Below are positions 1 to 9,247 of a stretch of 20,414 nucleotides of DNA, piece after piece (position 1 is the first letter of the stretch; every line of letters starts with the position of its first letter). The notes under the pieces are model-generated. The model did not search any database. It was not told where the DNA came from and was given only the letters and a program-made list of their open reading frames with translations. The stretch comes from Ginkgo biloba (lineage: Eukaryota; Plantae; Ginkgophyta). Made by a program: the position numbers and the translations under genes. The stretch lies in the NCBI GenBank assembly GCA_024626585.2, contig JANKJI020000002.1:59969080-59989493 (forward strand). The letters are read 5' to 3'.

Positions 1-47
1 ATATGATCCATGATGCATGATGTCATATGTTATGTGAAGTGGCCATT

Positions 48-403
48 AAGGGGGGTGTTTGAATATTAATGATAATTCTAGAGTTTCTAGAGTATCTAAA
101 GTTATCCACAAGAGTATCTAGATTATTGTGTTACCCTTAGTTATGTTGGGTAAAGTGTCAGTATAAATACATGTATTGTAAGTGTAAAGTATATTAGCTA
201 GATGATTCATAGTTGAGAGTATCAAGTGATGTAATCGTATGTTTTCAAATATGGCCTAAAGACAATTTTCAAAGTGGTTTTTCCCTTATGGGTTTTCCAT
301 TATAAATTCTGTGTTTTGTACTTATGTATTTGCATTGTGATAGTGATTTTAATACTTTGGAATGTGAAGCTATGAATTATATTATACTACTTGGTACCAT
401 CAC
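48..403 (+). mobile_element. Polypurine tract plus probable 3' LTR of a Ty1/copia-like retrotransposon, within the upstream DEG10 intron
   Basis: AAGGGGGG (48-55) is followed immediately by TGTT at 56. TATAAATA lies at 162-169. The U5-like motif gtggtttttccc...gggttttcca (~274-299) is familiar from plant copia LTRs. The right boundary (a CA near 403) is approximate and no partner LTR is in the window. Confidence 0.5.
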
Positions 404-1517
404 ATATGAATGAGAGAGTAAGGGATGTGTTCATCCTTAAGACACATCACTCCTTCCTAATGTAATAGATTGCTTAAATGAATTAATTAGTATACTATAT
501 ATTTAACCTTATATAACTACATTGTTCATGCTCATCGATTTAAAGATTGTTAGTTTATCAATCCCTAAAAGCAAAAGAAATATCATGCATGTGTTGGTGA
601 TTTTGATAAGACATAGACAACCTCTACGTCACCCATATTCATTATTTATACCAAGACACTCCTTTAGAGATTATAAATTTATACTAATATGCTAAAAAAA
701 GGGCATGTTTAGTGACACCCTTATTAATAAGGAAAGAATAAATTAATAAAAACTATAAAATAATATAATTAAATTTCCATAATATATGTTCTATTATATT
801 TTAAAAAAATAAGTCATATCCAACCATTCCTTGATTAATGGTGCAAATAATAAAACATGTCATAATAATAATTAATTAATAAAGTATTTAATATAAGATT
901 CTATAAGTTTGTATTTTTGTTTAGTGAATGCCTTTATATAAAAACTAAATCATTCAATGAATGAAAATTCATTCATTACTCATTTTCTAATGAATATTAT
1001 GTCATATAGTACAAATATAATTCTTGTAAATGTCCTTTCAAAACGACTTATTAATCTCTTCCTTGCTCAGTTGGTGATTAAGAGCATTTAAGATGAATTT
1101 ATATGGAGGCAATCCCCCACAAGTGAGGAAACTTCCGAGTACCAACAACCAATCTCTAAGAGGAACAAATAGATGTATATCTCTCCCCTAGTAGTAATTT
1201 CAACCATTATTACATGCTCCCCGAGTCAATCCATAGTACTTTTGTCATGCCTAACAAATAGATGAGAACAAATGAGTAAACCTACTCTAGAGCGGGATCC
1301 ACCCATTGGTTCTTGAGTTTAATGACTTAACAAGATATAAGGGGGTTTATGTGCTAGATGATCTCTCGACATCCAACCAGGAACAATGCTGAATAAAAGC
1401 TCTTTGTTGCCTCCCTTGTATCACCTATGTGGGATCTCACCCCCTACACATAAGATCCCTTCTAGCAGCATCTCTTCAAATACACTTCGGTTGCTTGCAG
1501 CATCATACAAGATCATC

Positions 1518-1725
1518 CCATGCTATTCTAACTTTTCATAAGACCCACCTGAACTACTTGTGGTTACGAGAATCCATCGCCCACATAAGTCATCTAGGCC
1601 AGCCATCTAGGCTTCTAGCATGATCCAGCCATGCTACTATGGCTACACATGAGATCCACTCAAGTTACTTGTGATTTTTGGGTATCCATCTCCCACATAG
1701 GCCTCCTTGACCAACCGTTTAGGCT
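1518..1725. repeat. Diverged tandem duplication, period 111 bp (about two copies)
   Basis: ccatgcta occurs at 1518 and 1629, and tacttgtg at 1555 and 1666. atccatc.cccacata.g and taggct are also shared at the same offset. A partial third copy (ctacacataagatcc) lies near 1444. Confidence 0.8.
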
Positions 1726-1999
1726 CAGTTTGGGTGGTGCACATGCTGGCTCAAAAGCCAGAAGTTGTGAAAAGCCAAAATGCTGCTTACATTATGTTGA
1801 TAAAATACAAAGTTTTCAAGTATGCTTGATAAGTGGATGATCAGTTTTTGGTGTAGTTTGAAAAACAAATGTTTGTGTCAAATTTTGTCCTGCTGCCTAG
1901 GAATATCTGAATTCAATACATTTTTTCTGTTCTAGTAGTTAGCTATTTCACAATTTCGAGTAAGATTTTCTTCATTTTGTTGCTCTGTAATGTGGCTAG

Positions 2000-2203
2000 C
2001 TGCAAACATTGGTTCCAGTTCATCAGTTTGACAAGTTGCCAAGCTATTTCATTTTTGCTGGTTTGGTGTTCACTCCATTGACTCAACCTTATCTTCATGA
2101 GTATGGTGACGATTGGTATAACACATCACCTCGCAGACTGTGTGAACGTGCTCTCACTGCAATGCCTAAAAAGCATGGGGAACAACTGGTCATTCTATCT
2201 CAG
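2000..2203 (+). CDS. DEG10: Internal exon of a Deg/HtrA protease (DEG10-like, protease Do-like 10), start of the C-terminal PDZ-like region
   Basis: AG acceptor at 1998-1999 and GT donor at 2204-2205 (CAG|GTAGAC). 204 nt, phase 0/0. Translates [68 protein letters not shown]. This matches from memory the plant DEG10 segment ([37 protein letters not shown]). Confidence 0.93.
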
Positions 2204-4611
2204 GTAGACTATATTCCTGCATTCTTTAGAAGATATGAATGTGCCCTAAAATTGAACCTATTTCTTTAGCATTTGCTTTTTGTGAGTTTTCAGTACAATA
2301 CTTTATGATAGTTTTATCTGAAATTTATTCTCAAAATATCCACATTCTGTAATCAAAGTAGCAGTTTCACTTTTTGTAAGACCCAACATTTAGCATTTCA
2401 TTACGTTAACTATGCTACTGTAGACATTGCTGTTTGGTTTACAAGCTGTTCGAGGCCCATTTGTTCCTTGTAACTTTTGTTTTGAAATGAAAATCCTACA
2501 GTGCTATGACTCAGATTGTAATGACTGTGCACAGTTCCTATTGCTGTTAACATTTTTTATTTGTTGTTGTGTGATGATAACCTGGAGATGTCTTTCAAGA
2601 GCTGAGAGTTCCAATGTAATATCTCTGTTACAAATATCCTTACATGTGCAGTTTTATTTAATTAAGCTTTGTGTTCTGCTCTGTGGCTCCGAAGACCATT
2701 GGTGAAGGTCCAGTGTGCACACAATAGGAAGGTTTTGGGTTGTTATTACATTGCAGCATTCAAAGCATTCCTGTTTCTGAGTTCTTTCAATCATCCTTCT
2801 GCATTTCCTGGGCTTTCTTCAATGCGAGGGAGTTTTACAGACATTCTGGCACTTCAAACATTTAGATCTCAAGGTTTTGGTTAAATTTCCATATCTATTT
2901 GATAAGATTGGATTATAAAGTTGAGTTTATTTTTAGTTTTATCAAAGATCTGAGGGTAGCTTGGTAAAAGAGGTAGCATACTTTGAATATGAAAGATTGG
3001 TTCCCACCGATGTTATTGGTAGGCGCTTAGATGATATGCAATTTGTTCATACCCTACTCTTAAGATTAATACGGGGAGTTTGCGAAAATAATATATTGAA
3101 ACAAATCTTCTTAAAGAAAAAGGCATACTTCTCTCCTCTTTTTTACCTGTTTGCTCTTTCACTCTGGACACACATGTTTCCTCTTCACTGCTCTTATTTC
3201 CTCTCATACTTTACAACATTGCATCTATCATGTATGCACCCAGCTGTTATACATACACCACAGTGCACCTAAACTCACGTAATCTCTTATGTACACTTCC
3301 AGCACAAATGCTTCTCACATACAATTCAATATTTGCTCACTGTTCAATCTACGCTCCAAGCCTATCTCATTTTGTCTTTGAATCTACTTTTATATATCAG
3401 AGTTTGAAATGATATTAAGAATACAACACCAGTTATTAACAAGCTGTGCTATTATTGCAAAACTGTTGTTCCTTATATGTCGCCATCGCTTCCAGTCTGC
3501 AACTAAGCAATACTAGTCAACTTCTCTTTGTTTTCCTGCCATTTATTTCATGCTATTACATAAGAAAATAACTGACATAAAATTATTGATATAGATACTA
3601 ATAGGAAGTTTAATTGATGGGCATGAAATGACTAGCTAGGCTGTAAATGTTTTGTGATGCGGCTTGAAACTGTCATTTTGTTTCCTTTTAGACACGAAAA
3701 TGTGGCATAGCGACCAAGTAGGTAGAAGGATCATCCTAGGAGATAACCCTTTCTACTGAAACAACCTTCAAGTCCATACATGTGGTGTGCACAAACAATA
3801 TACAGTCTTTAAGCGTGTATACATGTGTGAGATTCGAAAACTGGGGGAGTCATTTACAAAATTGGCAAAAGATTGTCCCCATCATGTACAAAAAAAAAAA
3901 AAAAAGATGCTTATGGACATGAATTTTTCCATGTTTAGAAGAGATAAAACAAACATAATATCAAGATGAAAAAAAAGATCATTTTGTTGACTAATAATAG
4001 GCCAACGGTTAGTCATTCATACGTGAGGATTCAATATGCATTAATTATGTAGAAAGTAGAAACAACAAAAAATGAAATGCACGAGCATCAAGACACAACA
4101 TGGGGTGCAAATCTTCATTTTTACTCATTGAATGAAAGTATATAAATGTATCTGCTAGTGAATGGCCTCTCACATCAAACCCTAGGCGATAGAACTTGGC
4201 TCTCACATCTTGGATGTCACATTCTCTCTCCTAATAAATGTAATGACTTCTTTTCAATATGAAATGATTTAACCCTAATTTCTTGTCTCTTCATTAATTA
4301 CAACTACCCTTTCATAATCAACTGTGATTAATGCTCATAAAGATGCCTTTGATAGGTTCATTTAATGTGCCCTAACTACCCTCATAAATGTGAGAGTTAG
4401 GCAATTAATGCTCATTAATGGTGGTCTATCGTCCTCATTTAATGCGGGCCTTCTCTCTCTTCATTAAATGCAACTTGGCCTTCATATAATGCATTGCACT
4501 TGCAACAATTATTATGGTTTTGACTGGTAGGTTGACCACGCCTTTGACTACACTAAATGTGTGTTTTCCTATCGGCTTTGAATGCAAGTCTCAAGGTTGA
4601 GAATAGATTGT

Positions 4612-4921
4612 AATATTCCTTTAGTAAATGTCCGACTAATGGCTACTATAGGGCCAATGTCATCTCTTAAACGGTTGTACTATGATGACATCATTGTTCT
4701 TTTCCAACATCATCCTTGCTACATTAAATGTGCTTGTACTTGCCTCATTTATTGGCATCATCATGCTGCCACCATGTCACTGTGTTCTTGCCATGTTGTA
4801 TTAGTCATTAATTGTCATAATTATGTTATTTCCATCATAATTATGTCCTTGTTTGTGTCGTCATGCTTTATTGCTATCGATTTCGCCATCTCGATACCAC
4901 ATTGCCAATATCCTACCAATA
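4612..4921 (+). repeat. Copy 1 of a diverged ~300 bp direct repeat (LTR-like; preceded by TGTAAT starting at 4609)
   Basis: Colinear blocks shared with 6949-7252: tattcct, atgtcatctct, ttgctacat, gcttgta.ttgcc, ttgccatgtt, ttgtcataatt, gtcctt.tttgtgtc, ccaatatcct. Confidence 0.75.
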
Positions 4922-5387
4922 TCTTGTATCACTTGGACCCATTTCTCTCCTATCACCCAAGGTCAGTGCATCTCTCCTTCTCTAAAAGAAAATGGTTATA
5001 AGCCAACCTTTCCTTAATGAATCTCAAGGTCCTAATAGGGCTCCTCCTAATGTACCCATGGAGCATCTCCTAGAGTATCATGTGGTTGGGAGGATGCATG
5101 AGGGGGTCTTACTAGGTGCAAGGTGTGCATGTGGGGCGCTTCTACCTAGGTACTGGGGTCACTAATGAAAAGAAAGAAGTGATCATTTGGACTCTACTAG
5201 TTTGTTTTGGGGTGCCTCCTAGGAGACTGTGTCTGTGAAGAAAAAGCTATCTAAGAAAACCAAGCTATACATCATTGCTCTCTGTAANNNNNNNNNNNNN
5301 NNNNNNNNNNNNNNNNNNNGCAACAATACTCCCTCTAATCTTGGAGAAGACAAGACACCTGTTCCCTAAGAAATTATCAAGATTAAA

Positions 5388-5637
5388 AGGAAACAATGGC
5401 AAGACAAGTTCATCAAGGATAAGCTATTCTAGCAACAAACTGGCAACTTATGTATAATTCTCACTATGAAAATTAGCCCAATAAACTTAAGTGTCAGTGG
5501 TTGGGCCCTCACAAAGTTTTCAATGTCTTCCAAAATGAAGTGTTAAANNNNNNNNNNNNNNNNNNNNNNNNNNNGATTCTTATGCAAATGGATATCATTT
5601 GAATTTGTACAAAAAGGCACTAAGAAATGAAGACTTT
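5388..5637 (+). mobile_element. Decayed Ty3/gypsy (Athila/Tat-like) integrase C-terminus, GPY/F region
   Basis: Manual translation across stops, a frameshift and a gap gives RKQWQDKFIKDKLF*Q / NWQLMYNSHYEN*PNKLKCQWLGPHKVFNVFQNEVL [N gap] DSYANGYHLNLYKKALRNEDF. This fits the non-chromovirus gypsy pattern K.WHDK.I..K.F..GD.VLLY.S......KL..RW.GP..V..VF.NG....VNG.RLK.Y. Confidence 0.8.
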
Positions 5638-5940
5638 GCACGGCAAGTTAGACAACAACTAGTTCAACAACATCTTTGGTTAATTAGTACTTTTCTATCT
5701 ACAAGGTACATGGTCCTTCCTTGTTTAAATTATAAAATCAAATGATTTGAAATATTCTGAAAAAGGAACAAGACCTTTACCATTTTTAATTCTTACTTTT
5801 TTCAAAAGACAGTTGCCATGAAAATAATTTTTTTTTACCTTAAACTTATTCATATTTTTGGAAAAATTGTCCCTGTAACAAACTCTACTTAGTATATTGT
5901 TCTTTTGCCTATTCTTCTCATTAGAAAGACCATTTTTCCT

Positions 5941-6449
5941 CTAACCATTTCCAATAATGCTCTAGTATTAATAGATAATTTTGGGTGAAATCTAACTAAT
6001 GATTCCTTAGATTTTTTGGATGCCATTCACCACATGGAAATTGTTGATTGTTCAATAGCTAGTGCACAATTGGAAGAAAAGGCAGCAAGTTAGGTGAAGC
6101 AAATGGATGATGTGTCTACTATCTCTTGGGCCGAATTTTAGCAACAATTTCTTACTTGTTTCCCCATTCGAATTACAAAATGTGGTACGTGTGGCTATAC
6201 TAAACACATTTTTAAATCCTGCTAAGACTATTGATGATATTTCCGACAATGGAGTAGCCAAGGATAGCCACAACTTTTATGGAGAGGGTGTCCATCATCA
6301 CAAGGATGGGATTTAGTAAAATGCTAAAAAGGTCAATTCTACTTATCAAAGCTTTCATTAAAATAGAACAACACATACCAACCCATTTGAATTAGCTACA
6401 AGTTGAAGATGAAAGTGAGTTTGTATGGCCAATTATACTAGATCAGACC
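5941..6449 (+). mobile_element. Decayed Gag-like segment with an intact CX2CX4HX4C zinc knuckle, followed by a retropepsin-like remnant
   Basis: One frame over 5941-6222 reads ...LIDNFG*NLTNDSLDFLDAIHHMEIVDCSIASAQLEEKAAS*VKQMDDVSTISWAEF*QQFLTCFPIRITK-CGTCGYTKHIFKSC, with the knuckle at 6181-6222. The A..QL...A..W...W.EF...FL..F pattern is Gag-like. A second frame at 6396-6449 (LQVEDESEFVWPIILDQT) resembles the protease motif V.D...E..P.ILGRP; this part is weaker. Confidence 0.6.
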
Positions 6450-6796
6450 TATTGGTAGCCCGATGCTAGAGGATTATGGATGAAAACAACAAAAAGAGAT
6501 GTATCATTTTGCAAGGCTGAGTATGGTATATGCAGTCAAAAGGCACCAAGGTCTCTGAAGAAGAAAATCAAGACACCATAGGGTGAAAGTACTTCAATGG
6601 AGACAAGGATCATGAATTCTTCGAAGGAAGAATTACATTCTACAGAGAGAAACCTAGTCGAAATTGAAACAGCAAATGATGATTTAAAAGAAAAGACAAG
6701 CAAAAAAACAAATCACTATTAGACCATGAAAATATTAAATTTTGATGTTAAGTTATACATTTTTTTAAAGATACTCTTCATAAAAAAGACATAATT

Positions 6797-6848
6797 GAGT
6801 TTGAGGGGGCTAAAATATAATGAATTATACTACAAAATTTATTGCAAG
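6797..6848 (+). mobile_element. Candidate polypurine tract and start of a 3' LTR
   Basis: gagtttgagggggctaaaa is followed by TATAAT at 6816, a plausible decayed TGTAAT. It sits downstream of the gypsy coding remnants and is truncated by the N gap at 6849. Confidence 0.35.
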
Positions 6849-6948
6849 NNNNNNNNNNNNNNNNNNNNNNNNNNNNNNNNNNNNNNNNNNNNNNNNNNNN
6901 NNNNNNNNNNNNNNNNNNNNNNNNNNNNNNNNNNNNNNNNNNNNNNNN

Positions 6949-7252
6949 TCGTATTCCTGCATTAAATATGCCATTAATGACTCTTGTATGGATGATGTCA
7001 TCTCTCTTTAAATGGCTCTATGATGTTGACGTTAATGTTGTCCTTTTGCTACATCAAATTCGCTTGTATTTGCCACAATTGTTGACGTCATCAAGTTGTT
7101 GCCAGGTCATGTTTCTGCTACATCGTATAGTTGCCATGTTATATGCCATATTTTGTCATAATTTCATCATTTTTGTGATAATCACGTCCTTATTTGTGTC
7201 ATTACTTCGAATTTTGCCATGGCAGTGATATGTCACCAATATCCTGCTAATA
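6949..7252 (+). repeat. Copy 2 of the diverged ~300 bp direct repeat (5' end runs into an N gap)
   Basis: Same colinear blocks as 4612-4921. Confidence 0.75.
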
Positions 7253-8938
7253 GCTCATCGGGCACCATTGTCTTGAGTGACCTCACTCAAGGAATATGCA
7301 CAATTTTTTTTGAAAGGATCTCAAGTAGGGCGCGGGGTTGGGGGGCTGGTAACTATCAATCAACCCTACCCCCTTACAAACAATTTCTAGGCACCTCCTT
7401 TAATATGTCTCTCCTTATCATGTGTTATTCTTATCATTTGTCATTTCTTCTCATTTATCCTTCTTTCCACACGTCATTCTTGTCATTCGTCCCTTTTTTG
7501 CATCATCATTTGTCATTCTTGTACATTTTCAATGGAGATCAATGTGTTGCTCCTAGTGAGATTATCATCAAGTTGGCCATTATCTTGTTTGGGGGGTCAT
7601 AACCAACCATAATGAATTATAAACTGGATGGCACCCATTTTGTTTTTTATGTTTTTAATCTTTCTATGGTTTTTCTTTATAATAAAATTTCTATGGATTT
7701 TCAATTATTTTTCATTTTTCTATAGATTTGTGTATAACAATTTGACCTTACCATACAACATGTATATAGTACACTTGATGTTGTTGTGAGGCAATCAATT
7801 TTGGTGCTACCTCTTGTGGCTAATATTTATTAAGGTAGGCAATAATCTGCTATTTAATTATAGAAGATGTATAAAGCCATTTGTTGCACATATTGACTGA
7901 GGTCGGGCCCAAACCAAACCTTTTTTATTTTGTTGGACCTACAACAAAATAATCGACCCTCACCTTTTGTCAAACTTGTTTGGAAATGTGTATATCCTTA
8001 ATTAGTAAAAGACACAATATGTTCTTTGATGCTTTTTGTGAAGTTTTAGGTTTGTTGATTTGTGGTGCAGTGTGCAACTTTGCTTAACTACTTTTAACTT
8101 CCATAGTTTGATTTTATTGACGACCTTACTGATATCATCCTAGCTTATTATTTCCTTATTATTTAGCCGATCGTCATCTTTGTCCATTGGAATATTCTAG
8201 CTTCTTAATATGTTGTAACATGCCTTTTAATTAGGTTCATACACATCTTGTAACCAATTTACCATGTAGCAAGACAAATCATTGCCTTAGAATTATTTTC
8301 AATCTCAATTTCTTCCCATGTGTTGGGTTTGCATGCCTCGGCATTTTCAACTACACAATGATATGCAAATTCAAAATTTGAACTAGCCACTTATTTTGAG
8401 GACACTGTGTTGCTAGATGCATTGTCATTGAACTTCGTCCAAGTCTTGCATAAAATCTTAGCCTTCTTCAAAGTCTCAATGCGAATGTCACCAACATTGT
8501 CCTCCTATTAAAAAATTTGAATGAGAGACACCTCTCCATTGGACACCTTGTCCATCAACAATCTTTTGACACTCTGTCCCTGCAACGTTGCAGATCGCCA
8601 TGCATCACTGCTCCATTTGATACACATCCTATATCCACAAATCAGTTTGCTATACCAATGTGGGAACGACCACCCTATGACAATAACCACCATGTTTGCG
8701 CATCCAACCCTGACATGTGGCATCCCAGCCACGACGCAAACAACTTGTAGACTACCTTCTGCTACAATACAACTCCGACAACACTGAAACATCATCTTTA
8801 ACCTGATATGTAACCCAACTAGCCTTCATAATCCAACAACACGATTAATCCACAACCCATCCATAGTGGCATCAACCTAGGAGCTTCCTATCAAGGTCTC
8901 CAAGCTCCCATCCATGTAGTCCAACTGCCTGTCACAAG

Positions 8939-9148
8939 ATTCTTACTCCACTTGAAAGCTAAAACACACCAATCTACCAACCTTTTAGTGAAANNNNNNN
9001 NNNNNNNNNNNNNNNNNNNNNNNNNNNNNNNNNNNNNNNNNNNNNNNNNNNNNNNNNNNNNNNNNNNNNNNNNNNNNNNNNNNNNNNNNNNNNATTCTTA
9101 CTCCACTTGAAAGCTAAAACACACCAATCTACCAACCTTTTAGTGAAA
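8939..9148. other. Exact 55 bp direct repeat flanking a 100-N gap (probable unmerged contig overlap)
   Basis: 8939-8993 is identical to 9094-9148 (attcttactcc...ttttagtgaaa), and both copies abut the gap at 8994-9093. Confidence 0.85.
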
Positions 9149-9247
9149 TGTCTTGGGAGTCCCGCTATTCCAGTCTCCAACCCCCACGATGCAGTTCGGT
9201 TGTCTTGGGAGTCTTGCAATTCCAATCTCCAACCCCTACAATACATT
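9149..9247. repeat. Tandem duplication, period 52 bp (two copies)
   Basis: tgtcttgggagtc..gc.attcca.tctccaacccc.ac.at.ca starts at 9149 and again at 9201. A weaker related unit lies at ~8875-8927. Confidence 0.8.

Noticed and set aside
956-977. 10 bp perfect inverted repeat aatgaatgaa/ttcattcatt
   Set aside because: Low-complexity AT-rich context and too short for a miRNA precursor or a MITE boundary.
2204-2269. C-terminal part of ORF 2009-2269 ([10 protein letters not shown]...)
   Set aside because: Read-through into the intron; DEG10 similarity stops at the GT donor at 2204.
2427-5001. Short intronic ORFs rich in Cys, Leu, Phe and His
   Set aside because: Composition typical of non-coding AT-rich DNA, with no recognisable domains, and no extra DEG10 exon is needed here.
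8200-8800. Overlapping short ORFs and a faint copia-RT-like echo on the minus strand (KPNTWEE, IGYKMC)
   Set aside because: No ordered set of conserved motifs; probably TE debris but unassignable.
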